A DNA stretch of 64,000 bases from Pseudomonadota bacterium (lineage in GTDB: Bacteria > Pseudomonadota > Alphaproteobacteria > UBA1280 > JAAZVW01), in contig JAAZVW010000001.1 of assembly GCA_018623135.1 (NCBI GenBank), positions 23,024 through 87,023 on the forward strand, given 5' to 3'. Made by a program: the position numbers and the translations under genes. The notes under the pieces are model-generated. The model had not been told where the DNA came from, did no database searches, and saw only the letters and a list, made by a program, of their open reading frames with translations. Below are positions 31,111-40,733 of the stretch, piece after piece; position 1 is the stretch's first letter; every line of letters begins with the position of its first letter.

Positions 31111-31512
31111 ATGTTGACTAAAACAGGCTCTAAGATGAATCGTAAAATAAAACAAGAACTTATTACGATTTTAACAAATCCGGAACATGATGGATTATCC
31201 CAAAAAGAAATTGCTGAAAAAGTAGGTGTTTGCCGCGAAACTGTCTATAGATATTTAACGGCAGAGTTTTGGGCTGAGGTGCGCAGATTGCGTTTGGAGG
31301 TGATCTCCAAATCATTAGCTATGGTTGATAGAGCTTTATTTGAAAAAGCAGCAAAAGGCGATGTGCAAGCAGCTAAGCTGATTTACAGTAGGTGGGATAC
31401 AGAAGTAGAGCAAATTGAAAAGTTTCTGAGCTATGAACAGCTGGAACGATTAAATGAAGAGATTGCCGATGTGCAAAAACAAATTACAGAAATTGAAGAT
31501 ACAGCAGCTTGA
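31111..31512 (+). CDS. Putative terminase small subunit (phBC6A51-like HTH)
   Basis: HTH SQKEIAEKVGVCRETVYRY; ALFEKAAKGDVQAAKL; AAGGAGG RBS; precedes TerL. Confidence 0.75.
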   Translation: MLTKTGSKMNRKIKQELITILTNPEHDGLSQKEIAEKVGVCRETVYRYLTAEFWAEVRRLRLEVISKSLAMVDRALFEKAAKGDVQAAKLIYSRWDTEVEQIEKFLSYEQLERLNEEIADVQKQITEIEDTAA

Positions 31513-32854
31513 GTTGCTTAGTAAAAAGATAGAATTATATAAACAATACAATATTTTAAGGTACAAACCTTCAAGTAAACAGTTAAGTTACCATGATTTA
31601 GGCGCTCAGTACAAAGAGCGCCTTTTTTTGGCGGGTAACAGGTGTGGTAAAACTTTTTGTGGTGCGCAAGAAATGGCCATTCATTTAACGGGGCTTTATC
31701 CTAAATGGTGGCAAGGGCGTAAATTTGATAAATCTATTAGGGCATGGGCAGGATCGGTAACCGCTGAAAGCACACGTGATATTTTGCAGATTGCTTATTT
31801 AGGTGATGAAGATAGTTTTGGAGCAATACCTAAGGATTTAATTTTAAAGAAAACTTATAAAAAATCTGTTACTGATGCTATTGATTTTGTTTACGTGCGC
31901 CATGTAAGTGGTGGTGTGTCTAAATTGGGTTTTAAATCTTACGATCAGGGGCGTGAAAAATTCCAAGGTACGAGTAGGCATGTGATTCATTTAGACGAGG
32001 AACCTGATTTACGTTTATATGAAGAGTGTTTAATGCGAACGATGGATTGTGATGGGTTAATTATGTTAACGATGACGCCCCTTAAGGGGATGTCGGATGT
32101 CTGTTTACATTATTTGGATGAAGCGGCAAGTGATAAAGTTTATGTGCAGGCAACTTGGGAAGATGCGCCGCATTTGGATAAGTCTGAAATTGAAAAAATG
32201 CGTAAATCATTAAGGCCGCATGAGCGTGAGGCACGCGAAAAAGGGATTCCAAGTTTAGGATCTGGTCGTGTATTCCCGATTAAGGAGGAAGAGGTTCTGA
32301 TAGATAAAGAGCATATTCCTAAAGATTTACCTTTGGCAGCGGGTATGGATTTTGGTTGGCATAACCCTACTGCGATTGTTTGGGGTGCTTATGATAAGGA
32401 TGCGGATGTTCTGTACATTGTAGATAGTTACAAAGCTTCTGAAAAAACGCCAGAGCAGCATGCTTTGGTTCTTAAAGAAAAGGGGTTGTGGATACCTGTT
32501 GCTTGTGACCCAGCAGGACAAGCTGTGAGTCAAAAAGATGGGGAATCCCTAATGCTGGCGTACGAAAAGCAAGGGGTGTATTTGAATAAGGCAAATAACT
32601 CTGTTGAGGCGGGTTTAATGGAGATGCTTGAGCGGATGCGTTCTGGCCGGTTAAAAATTGCGAGCCATTTAACAGCATGGTTTGATGAGTTTAGATTGTA
32701 TCGGCGCAACGAACGAGGCGTGATTGTTAAGGATAATGACCATTTAATGGATGCGAGTCGTTATTTGGTTGTTTCTGGTTTAATGCTTGCGAAGCATAAA
32801 CCCTGCGTAAAAGGCAAAATTATACAAAGAAAGTTAGATTGGGTAACTCTTTAA
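31454..32854 (+). CDS. Terminase large subunit (P22 gp2-like)
   Basis: Walker A AGNRCGKT, FKSYDQGREKFQG, Walker B IHLDEEP, TMTP, nuclease GMDFGW.NPTA and DHLMDASRY. Confidence 0.95.
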   Translation: MKRLPMCKNKLQKLKIQQLELLSKKIELYKQYNILRYKPSSKQLSYHDLGAQYKERLFLAGNRCGKTFCGAQEMAIHLTGLYPKWWQGRKFDKSIRAWAGSVTAESTRDILQIAYLGDEDSFGAIPKDLILKKTYKKSVTDAIDFVYVRHVSGGVSKLGFKSYDQGREKFQGTSRHVIHLDEEPDLRLYEECLMRTMDCDGLIMLTMTPLKGMSDVCLHYLDEAASDKVYVQATWEDAPHLDKSEIEKMRKSLRPHEREAREKGIPSLGSGRVFPIKEEEVLIDKEHIPKDLPLAAGMDFGWHNPTAIVWGAYDKDADVLYIVDSYKASEKTPEQHALVLKEKGLWIPVACDPAGQAVSQKDGESLMLAYEKQGVYLNKANNSVEAGLMEMLERMRSGRLKIASHLTAWFDEFRLYRRNERGVIVKDNDHLMDASRYLVVSGLMLAKHKPCVKGKIIQRKLDWVTL

Positions 32855-33186
32855 TGGAAATTAATCAGAAAATAATATCGGTAGGTGCGCAAGCGCCTAT
32901 TTTTTTTGCGCCAGATGTTGATTGTGTTGATGTGAAAATAACAAGTAAAAACACTTTTAAAGCAAATGTTTATATTGGTTATTCTAAACCAACATCTTAC
33001 AAAAAAATAAGAGATAAGGAAGGGCTGGTTTTGCTTTCTGGTCGTGCAATAGATGGAGATTATATTGGCGAAATATTAGCGCAGCCTAAGTACTTATTTA
33101 TGAATGTAAGTGAGATAACGGAACCCATTGAAGTTGTTTTAATAACCCATAAACAAAATGTAGAGCAAAAGGATATGGCTGCATGA
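32854..33186 (+). CDS. Hypothetical protein between TerL and portal
   Basis: TAATG and ATGA overlaps couple it to both neighbours; beta-strand-like sequence. Confidence 0.6.
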   Translation: MEINQKIISVGAQAPIFFAPDVDCVDVKITSKNTFKANVYIGYSKPTSYKKIRDKEGLVLLSGRAIDGDYIGEILAQPKYLFMNVSEITEPIEVVLITHKQNVEQKDMAA

Positions 33187-34874
33187 GTACATATATAAAA
33201 GATAAATCGCAAATAGAGCAGGATGTATTAACAAAGGTTAAGGGTTATTTTGAAAAAGCTTATATGAACCCTATTTACCAAAAATGGTATACCTCTGCCC
33301 TTAATAATTGGCGTTTTTACGAAGGTGACCAATGGGCTGAAGAAGAGATTGATGCTTTAAGTGAAAAAGGCCAACCTGCGATAGTGATTAATAAAATTGC
33401 GCCGAAAATTGATAATTTATCGGGTGTTGAAGTTGCTGGACGCACACGGGTTGTTTATAGGTCTCGTTCTGGTGATGTGGAAGAAGAAAAAAAGGCGCGC
33501 CAACTTTCCGATGTGGCGTTGTATGTTGCAGAAAAAGCCGCGCAGGATGTGGAGGTTTCTTTTGCCTTTAAAGCGGGTTTAATTACTGGTATGGGGTGGT
33601 TAGACGTTGGTGTAGAACCCGCGGAAGAAGGCCCACGTATATTTAATACCGCAGAAAATGAACTTGATGTTGTTTGGGATACTCATGCTAAGCAGGATGA
33701 TTACTCTGATGCCCAGTTTGTGTGTAGACAACGTTGGTTGGGTGAGGCTGAGTTTAATAGATTGTTCCCGAAGCATAAAGGCGTTTTTGTAAATGGTGAA
33801 GCTCAGCTTTATGCGGCTGTTGATCAGGGCTTTTTAAGTAAAGAACCTGAGATTGGTTATGTAGATGCTGAGCGAGAGCGTGTACGTGTTGTAGAGGTGC
33901 AGTATAAGCAAATGGCAAAAGAATATAAGGTTACGCTTGAAACAGGTGAGATTTTTGTAACTTTTGATAAAGCAAAAGCGCAGATTACAAATGCTAAGGT
34001 TGAACAGGCTTATAAGCCAAGGGTTTATGTGGCTTATTATGTAGGTGACACTTTACTTTCTCATCAGCCATTAAACTATGCCCACGGCATGTTTACTCTA
34101 GTACCTTTTTATTTTAAGCGAGAACGACAAACAGGCTGCCCTTATGGTTTAGTAAAAGCGGCGATTGATCCGCAACGTGAGTTTAATAAGAGACGCTCTA
34201 AAGCAATGCATTTACTGAATACGGCACAGGTGATTGCAGATGTTGATGCGGTAGATGATCCGCAAGTTTTAGCAAGAGAGGCTGCAAGACCTGACGGTAT
34301 TATACTTAAACGACCAGGTAAAGACTTACGGATTATGCGTAATACTGACCTTGCTGCGAGCCAGGTTTCTGTTATGGAGAAAGCCTCTTACGATATTCAG
34401 GAAGTTATGGGTGTTTTTGATGAAGCTATGGGGCAAAAGACCAATGCGACTTCTGGTGCGGCGATTCGGGTGCGTCAGCAAGCAAGCAATATGAACCAAA
34501 TGTTTGCATACGATGCTTTAAGGCGTACGAAGAAAATTTTAGGTGTGCAGATTATGTCTCATATTCGACAATTTTTTAATAACAACATGATGATGCAAAT
34601 TACAGACAGCTTTTTACCAAAAGATGAAATTAGGCTCACAACCACGGCGGGGGAGCCTTTGACAATGCTGGATGTAAGAACCAGTCATTTTGATGTGCAT
34701 GTGGAAGAGGTGAAGGATGTGCATAGCTCGAGAGAGTTGGAGTTGGATCAACTGGAGGCGTTAAGGCAGGCTGGGATACCTGTACCTGCGGAAATGCTTA
34801 TTGATGCAACAAGCTTAAAAGATAAAGAAAAGCTAAAAAAATATTTAGCTGAACAACAAAATAAGGAGCATTAG
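33183..34874 (+). CDS. Portal protein (P22-like family)
   Basis: FYEGDQW...GQP.IVINKI.P.ID...G.E, PYGLVKAAIDPQRE.NKRRSK, SGAAI..RQQ. Confidence 0.9.
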   Translation: MSTYIKDKSQIEQDVLTKVKGYFEKAYMNPIYQKWYTSALNNWRFYEGDQWAEEEIDALSEKGQPAIVINKIAPKIDNLSGVEVAGRTRVVYRSRSGDVEEEKKARQLSDVALYVAEKAAQDVEVSFAFKAGLITGMGWLDVGVEPAEEGPRIFNTAENELDVVWDTHAKQDDYSDAQFVCRQRWLGEAEFNRLFPKHKGVFVNGEAQLYAAVDQGFLSKEPEIGYVDAERERVRVVEVQYKQMAKEYKVTLETGEIFVTFDKAKAQITNAKVEQAYKPRVYVAYYVGDTLLSHQPLNYAHGMFTLVPFYFKRERQTGCPYGLVKAAIDPQREFNKRRSKAMHLLNTAQVIADVDAVDDPQVLAREAARPDGIILKRPGKDLRIMRNTDLAASQVSVMEKASYDIQEVMGVFDEAMGQKTNATSGAAIRVRQQASNMNQMFAYDALRRTKKILGVQIMSHIRQFFNNNMMMQITDSFLPKDEIRLTTTAGEPLTMLDVRTSHFDVHVEEVKDVHSSRELELDQLEALRQAGIPVPAEMLIDATSLKDKEKLKKYLAEQQNKEH

Positions 34875-34876
34875 GC

Positions 34877-35419
34877 GTGGAAGAGCTTAATAAACCCAAG
34901 ATGATGCAATTAAGGGAATTGTTTTCAGGTAAAAAAACACCTGAGGCAAAAGAAGCCCAGAATATTGAAACTGCACAAGAAACATTAGCAGATGATTATG
35001 CTGATGTACCAGCTGCGTTGATGCAAAAAATTCAGCAGACAGAGCCTTTGGTTCGGCAAGTGCTTGCGCTTGTGCAAGTAGATTATGATGCGCTTATTAA
35101 AATGGATGGGAAATCACCTTATGCGCAAGCAATTAAAGCAAATAAAAATGTGCTTAATGAAGTTGCTAAGGCGGATAATCCTGTGCTTAGGGCGTTGGAA
35201 ATTTCTTTAAAATACAAACCAATTGCGGAATTTAAAGAAAAATATGGCAATACGCCTGATGATATTAAACAAAAAATGAAGCAAGAACTTATGGAAGAAA
35301 TGGCGAGAAAAGAAGTGCCGACACAAAACCTTGCACAGATGGAGTTTAATAAAAAATCTGCTGAGAATGTGAAAAGTACAGAACAAGATGTACAAGAATT
35401 AAACAAATTTTTTAAATAA
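34877..35419 (+). CDS. Putative scaffolding protein
   Basis: Charged helical protein between portal and capsid genes. Confidence 0.55.
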   Translation: MEELNKPKMMQLRELFSGKKTPEAKEAQNIETAQETLADDYADVPAALMQKIQQTEPLVRQVLALVQVDYDALIKMDGKSPYAQAIKANKNVLNEVAKADNPVLRALEISLKYKPIAEFKEKYGNTPDDIKQKMKQELMEEMARKEVPTQNLAQMEFNKKSAENVKSTEQDVQELNKFFK

Positions 35420-35445
35420 TAAATTACTTTAAAAGGATTTTATAA

Positions 35446-36480
35446 ATGGTTGCTACTATTGAAAAAACACATGGTGTTTCTGCTCAAAAATGGTCGGAAG
35501 AAGTCTTTTCTGAATATTTAGGGCAAAACCCTTTTTATAACTTTATGGGTACAACATCTAATAATGTGATTCAGGTAAAAGAAGAGCTTACAAAAGCACC
35601 TGGTGATGCGATTACAGTTCAATTACGTGCGCGCTTAACAGGAAATGGTGTTGCTGGTGATGCGAAACTTAAAGGTAATGAAGAAGATTTGATTTTTCAT
35701 GACCAAAAGATTTCGGTAGATACATTGCGTCATGCTGTTATTTTGCGTGGTGAAATGTCTGAAAAACGTGTGGCATTTGATTTGCGTAACCAAGCGCGCG
35801 AGGCTTTGGTGGATTGGTCTAACAATAAGTTACGTCACTCCATTATTTCTGCTTTAACGGATACATCTAAGGGGCGTGATGCTTCTCGTTATATGTATGG
35901 TGCTACGGATGCAAATTTTGATGCAGACCATGCGACAGCACTTGCAAATGTGGATGCAACAGCAGATAAGCTTACAACAAAAATGATTTCTGTTGCTAAG
36001 CGTAAGGCAATGCTTGAGGGTAGCCGAAAAGTACGCCCGTTTACGCATAAAAAAGGTAATAAAACAGAAGAGCTTTATGTGTTATTTGCACATCCTTATG
36101 CTGTGCGTGACTTAATGGAAGACCAGTCTTTTAAAGATGTAAACACGCAAATTCCGACAACTTTTGATGATTCTGTATTGGTGCATGGTCAGCGTTACAA
36201 AGGTATGTGGGACGGCGTTATGATTTTTGAATGCGAAGAAATGCCAGTAGATGCAGCCGCAGGTGCTGCGGGTGTAGATGTTGCGCATAATGTACTTTGT
36301 GGTGCACAGGCTGTTGCCCTTGCTTACGGTAAGCGCACAAACTATAAAGAAGATTCGGATGATTATGGCCATGAAAATGGTTTTGCGATTGACGAAATTC
36401 GTGGTGTAGAGAAGCTTGTGTTTAATGGCATTGACCATGGTGTTGTGAATATGTTTGCGGTTGCTGAATCTGACCAGTAA
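35446..36480 (+). CDS. Major capsid protein (N4-gp56/DUF4043-like)
   Basis: LTK.PGD.IT..L...L.G.GV.GD..L.GNEE.L, D.LRHAV, FDLR..AR.AL..W, LCGAQA, DYG, DHGV. Confidence 0.88.
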   Translation: MVATIEKTHGVSAQKWSEEVFSEYLGQNPFYNFMGTTSNNVIQVKEELTKAPGDAITVQLRARLTGNGVAGDAKLKGNEEDLIFHDQKISVDTLRHAVILRGEMSEKRVAFDLRNQAREALVDWSNNKLRHSIISALTDTSKGRDASRYMYGATDANFDADHATALANVDATADKLTTKMISVAKRKAMLEGSRKVRPFTHKKGNKTEELYVLFAHPYAVRDLMEDQSFKDVNTQIPTTFDDSVLVHGQRYKGMWDGVMIFECEEMPVDAAAGAAGVDVAHNVLCGAQAVALAYGKRTNYKEDSDDYGHENGFAIDEIRGVEKLVFNGIDHGVVNMFAVAESDQ

Positions 36481-36503
36481 AAATATAAAGCTAAAACGAA
36501 AAT

Positions 36504-36534
36504 GGGGCACTCAAAAAAATTGGGTGCCCTTTTT
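36504..36534 (+). terminator. Terminator after the capsid gene
   Basis: GGGCACTCAA-loop-TTGGGTGCCC followed by TTTTT. Confidence 0.8.
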
Positions 36535-36547
36535 ATGGAGTTTTACA

Positions 36548-37162
36548 ATGAATGTACTTGATTTACAAAAACAGGTAACCAGTTTAAGCCATCAGGAAGA
36601 TAGCTTAAATTCTGGTTTAAAAATGAAATCGCTCCAATGGTTAAACCATGCATATCAGGAAATTATGGAAGAGATTGCGCCGTTTTTATCTGAAATTTAT
36701 ACAAAAATGGTTGATTTAACGTTAGATGAGCTTGGCCGAGCTGTTTTACCAGATGATTTTTATAAAATTGAGAAGGTCTTTCTTTCTGGTACAGAGTTAC
36801 CAAAGCTAACAATTGCTGAAGCTGTGATTGCAGAGGATAAAAAAGGTTATTGGTTAGAGCGTAACTATATACACATTTTACCTAAAAACACTGTTGGTCA
36901 TTTAGTTATGTTATACCAATCGACAATTCCGAAATTAACGGAAAGTAGTTTGGAAGAGGATATTTTGATACCTAAAAACTTCCATTATGCCTTGGTTTGG
37001 GGTGCTCTTGTATGGGCATCGGTTCAGGAGCGTGGGTTTTCAGCGCAATCAGATTTGAAATTATTTCAGCAAAAATGGTTAGAAGCTAAGCAAAGTCTTA
37101 AACTTTCTTTAGCCAATAGAGCTGATCAGAAGTTAAGCGTTGCGCCTTCTGAAAATTTTTAA
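36548..37162 (+). CDS. Putative head-tail adaptor (podovirus tail tubular A / gp4-like)
   Basis: Start moved to MNVLDLQ (GGAG RBS); WLNHAYQEI, LPDDF, IP..FH.ALVWGAL pattern; follows capsid. Confidence 0.7.
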   Translation: MNVLDLQKQVTSLSHQEDSLNSGLKMKSLQWLNHAYQEIMEEIAPFLSEIYTKMVDLTLDELGRAVLPDDFYKIEKVFLSGTELPKLTIAEAVIAEDKKGYWLERNYIHILPKNTVGHLVMLYQSTIPKLTESSLEEDILIPKNFHYALVWGALVWASVQERGFSAQSDLKLFQQKWLEAKQSLKLSLANRADQKLSVAPSENF

Positions 37163-37590
37163 GCCTTTTTAGATCTGGTATTTTTGGCTTCTTTAGAAGG
37201 TTTTTTCAGAAATTTATTTAAGTTTTCAACGCCGATAGACATTTCTGAAACTAAAGAGTTACGCTGGTTTGTCATTTCTGATTTAAAGCAGCTTTCAAGG
37301 TCTTTAAGTGTCTCTAATCTGATTTGGTCGTTAATTTCAGGTAAGAGATAAATAAAAGAACTTTGTTTTTCAAATTCATTTTTTACAAGAGGATGGTTTT
37401 GGAAGTGTTGCTCAAAATTAGCGCAAGTGCCCATGCCTTTAATGTAATCCATACTTAATCCATAAGGGTTTGAATTGCATTCAATAATAAAATAAACACC
37501 ACCACACTTAGGTAGAGTAAAATTACCTTTAGGATTAAAAACACTAAATAAATGCTTTTTTTGTTTACCAGATACCGAAATGGTGGCCAT
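37159..37590 (-). CDS. Antisense-oriented hypothetical protein, possibly degenerate GIY-YIG-like fold
   Basis: Start MATISVSGK (GGGAG RBS); GGVYFI...YIKGMG...FQNH...RLETLKDL. Confidence 0.55.
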   Translation of the reverse strand: MATISVSGKQKKHLFSVFNPKGNFTLPKCGGVYFIIECNSNPYGLSMDYIKGMGTCANFEQHFQNHPLVKNEFEKQSSFIYLLPEINDQIRLETLKDLESCFKSEMTNQRNSLVSEMSIGVENLNKFLKKPSKEAKNTRSKKA

Positions 37591-37704
37591 TGGCTTAACT
37601 CCCTTTAACTCGCTTATAAGTAAAATTATGATAAATACACTCATTAAGTGCAATTACTAATTGGAGTTAGCTAATAAGAGTAATAAATATGAAGAAGGAT
37701 AATT

Positions 37705-39465
37705 ATGAGTCGTATTGAAGAATTTAAGTTACCTTTTCCACCTAAGTTAATGTCTACAGATAAGAGTCCTGCAACAATGGGTGCAAGTTATGCACGTGAG
37801 ATTGTAAATATGTACATAGACCAAGATGGAGCAGGTTCTAAGCGAGGCGGATTTTCTTGCATTGTAAGAGATACGATAAACGATGATATTGTGAAGCTTG
37901 TTGAATTTGTACCTACAACGGGAGATAAACAGCTTTTGGCTTTTTGCGCATCGGGCGATGTTTTGAAAAAGGTGAATGATGCGTGGGAACTTGTTGACGC
38001 ACCCTTTAGCGCAATAACAAATTTAAGTAGTGTTGAATTTGGTAACAAACTTATTTTAGCTAATGGTGTAGACCCTGTAAAAAGTTGGGATGGAACATCT
38101 TTTAACGATTTAGAACAGGAGATATATGACTTTAGTGACAGTTTGAGTATTGAAAATACAACGATCATTAAAGTAAACAGTGACATAAGCTTGTATAAAC
38201 CTGGTACGAAATTAAAACTGATGTTGGAAGATGAAAATACGGCTGAAGTAACAGTTGTATTAACAGATGTGCTAAGTGCCACTGAAGATGATAATGGCTT
38301 TATAGATGTTGAATTAACAGATGCTGTGGCTGTGGGGATACTAAAAAATGTATCGGTTTATTTAAAACCACCCGCCTTTAGAAGTTTGTATGTATGCCAA
38401 GACCGTTTATGGGGTATGGGGGAAGGTGCTTTTAGCACGACAGAATATAGTAATTTAGCGACCCGAGGGGTCGTTTTTTTTACGCAAGCAGGCACAAACC
38501 CTAATGATTGGTATACGGATACGGGGGCTCTTTCTTACATTGATTTAACAATGAAGATGCCGATGAATGACGAATTGGTTTCTATGGCAGAAAAAGATGG
38601 TCTGATTCTGTTTTTGTTTAAAAAGAATATGCAGATTTGGAAAGGTTATAACCCTTCGGAACAGGGGAGCTTTGGTTGGTATAAAACATTGCCTGTTGGG
38701 GTGGTGCATCCGGAGCTTATTCTTTCTTTACCAAATGATTTGGCTTTTTTTACATCGTCGGGCGCGCGGAGTTTAAGTCGTATTTTACAAACAGAACAAT
38801 TAGATGTAACTGATTTTGCTAGAGATATAGACCCGAGCATACTCGCTGCTATAGAACATATTAAACAAAACCCTGATGCTAAGGTGGGTCGGTTTACTTA
38901 TGAAAAAGAAGGTTGGTATGCCTTTAAGCTTGGGCAAGATGTTTTTGTGTTTCAGACCAACGGTAGTTCTTATGGTTGGAGCAAATTTACGGGGCTATTT
39001 GCAGAAGCAACGGCTTTTTTAAACACACGAGATGCAGGGTTATATATTGCCAAGGGTAGGTGTTTGTACCAATACGAACCCAATACATACAGTGATGATG
39101 ATGTGCCCATAAAAACAAAATGGTGGACGCCTTGGTTACGTATTAATACTAAGAATAAAAGGTGGGCGAATAAATATGTATCGGTTATTACGGAGCAAGG
39201 TGTTTATATGCCGATAGAGGTGAAACGCTATAAAGACTACGATAGTTTTTCTTACCATAAATTAGAAACGGCGCAGATGTCTTCCCCGAGTTATATGGAT
39301 ACGGCTTATTGGGATACAAATACCTGGCAGGGTTTTAATGCGCAGGCCGCTAAAAAAGAAGATAAATTTATTTGCCAGATTTTTTCTTACGCAGTGGAGA
39401 CGGAATCAATTAAAGGACCATTTAAAGTACATGGTTTGACAATACAGGGGATTATAGAAAGATGA
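37705..39465 (+). CDS. Putative tail nozzle / DNA-stabilisation protein (P22 gp10, tubular B-like)
   Basis: N-terminal NMYID.DGA..KRGG, beta-propeller-like repeats, DRLW, GWSKF; position after adaptor. Confidence 0.72.
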   Translation: MSRIEEFKLPFPPKLMSTDKSPATMGASYAREIVNMYIDQDGAGSKRGGFSCIVRDTINDDIVKLVEFVPTTGDKQLLAFCASGDVLKKVNDAWELVDAPFSAITNLSSVEFGNKLILANGVDPVKSWDGTSFNDLEQEIYDFSDSLSIENTTIIKVNSDISLYKPGTKLKLMLEDENTAEVTVVLTDVLSATEDDNGFIDVELTDAVAVGILKNVSVYLKPPAFRSLYVCQDRLWGMGEGAFSTTEYSNLATRGVVFFTQAGTNPNDWYTDTGALSYIDLTMKMPMNDELVSMAEKDGLILFLFKKNMQIWKGYNPSEQGSFGWYKTLPVGVVHPELILSLPNDLAFFTSSGARSLSRILQTEQLDVTDFARDIDPSILAAIEHIKQNPDAKVGRFTYEKEGWYAFKLGQDVFVFQTNGSSYGWSKFTGLFAEATAFLNTRDAGLYIAKGRCLYQYEPNTYSDDDVPIKTKWWTPWLRINTKNKRWANKYVSVITEQGVYMPIEVKRYKDYDSFSYHKLETAQMSSPSYMDTAYWDTNTWQGFNAQAAKKEDKFICQIFSYAVETESIKGPFKVHGLTIQGIIER

Positions 39466-40727
39466 GTAAGAAGTTTCAACGTCCGTTAGAAGTATATGAG
39501 GGCGACTCTAACCTTTTATATAGAGATAAATACCAAGTAGATGCTGTGGCTGAGCCACCAGTACCCATTTCTAGCGAGAAGATTGATGGCGACTTTAATT
39601 ACTTAATAGACGTAGTTAATGAGATAAATGCAGCAGCTGGAAGTTATAACAGTATTGCAGAGCGATTAGATAAAGCGCTAAATGCAGACGGTACACTTAA
39701 AAGCAGTATTGAAACGACTTTAGAGGAGTGGGTTACTTTATTACCTGAAGAGATAGAGTACGTAGCTGCCAATAGGTTTAATATACAGGGGGATAAAACA
39801 AACCTTTTAACGATAGGTAGGGTTTTAAAATCTGCATTGTTAACCTTAGAGCGTACAGCTGTAATTATTGAGAGTTTATATAATAGTTCTTCTGATAAGA
39901 CAGAGATTTTATTATCGGCTGATATTTGCTTAAACGATACTGACGTAAAATATTTATATAGCTCATATACACCTAGTGCTGTGCCAATTTGTTCAGATAG
40001 ACTGTATGCCTATACAGACACGACAGAAGCCTCGGTTGATTTTAAAAATGATACTGCGGCTGCTAAGGTTGCTTTAAATGGTAATAGTCTTTCTGTTGTG
40101 TTTAACATGGGAGATTTACTTAACCCAAATTGGCAAAGTGCTTTAGAAATTACCAATACAGGTTTGGATGGTGCTGGCATTAAGGATGCTTCTATTGATG
40201 CGCAAAAACTCGCAAGTGGTGTTTTAGGTACTGTGGCCTCTAAAAATACAGGTGTGGAAGTAGGGGAAGTTCCTTTATTGCAGGCGGGTGGTGTGCTTGA
40301 TACAGCTGTGTTGCCTACTATGGGTGCACCTGTTGGTTCTGTGGGTTTGTTTGTGACAGAATCATCGGTACCTAGTAATTACCTTATTTTAAATGGTGCG
40401 GTGTTTGATGAAACTTTATACCCAGAGCTGTACCAACTTTTAGGAGATTCTAACCAATTACCTGATTGGCGTGGTTATTTTGTGAGAATGTCGGATATGG
40501 GGCGCGGTGTTGATACTGGCCGTGTTACGGGCAGTTTTCAGGAGGATGCTCTTAAAAGCCATAGTCATGAAGTTTACGCTTATGCCAATGGTTCTGGTTT
40601 TTCTAATATTTCTAGCTATGGTTCTAACGGTACGGCAGGAGCTGTTGTAAAAGATACAGAAGCAGTTGGTGATGCAGAGACAAGACCTAAAAACGTTGCT
40701 GTTGTTTATGCAATTCGTGCTGAATAA
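39462..40727 (+). CDS. Tail fibre protein with phage tail-collar domain
   Basis: PVGSV...P.NYL.LNG......YPELY..LG...LPDWRGYFVR..D.GRGVD.GR..GSFQEDA..SHSH...ETRPKNVAV. Confidence 0.88.
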   Translation: MSKKFQRPLEVYEGDSNLLYRDKYQVDAVAEPPVPISSEKIDGDFNYLIDVVNEINAAAGSYNSIAERLDKALNADGTLKSSIETTLEEWVTLLPEEIEYVAANRFNIQGDKTNLLTIGRVLKSALLTLERTAVIIESLYNSSSDKTEILLSADICLNDTDVKYLYSSYTPSAVPICSDRLYAYTDTTEASVDFKNDTAAAKVALNGNSLSVVFNMGDLLNPNWQSALEITNTGLDGAGIKDASIDAQKLASGVLGTVASKNTGVEVGEVPLLQAGGVLDTAVLPTMGAPVGSVGLFVTESSVPSNYLILNGAVFDETLYPELYQLLGDSNQLPDWRGYFVRMSDMGRGVDTGRVTGSFQEDALKSHSHEVYAYANGSGFSNISSYGSNGTAGAVVKDTEAVGDAETRPKNVAVVYAIRAE

Positions 40728-40733
40728 GGAATA

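Noticed and set aside
31454..31512. Programmed frameshift fusing TerS and TerL
   Set aside because: No canonical X XXY YYZ slippery heptamer seen; TerS/TerL overlaps are common.
36503..36509. TGCCCCA on the minus strand after the capsid gene as a third regulator box
   Set aside because: Only the 7-mer matches, there is no correctly spaced TTGACA, and it is explained as a terminator stem arm.
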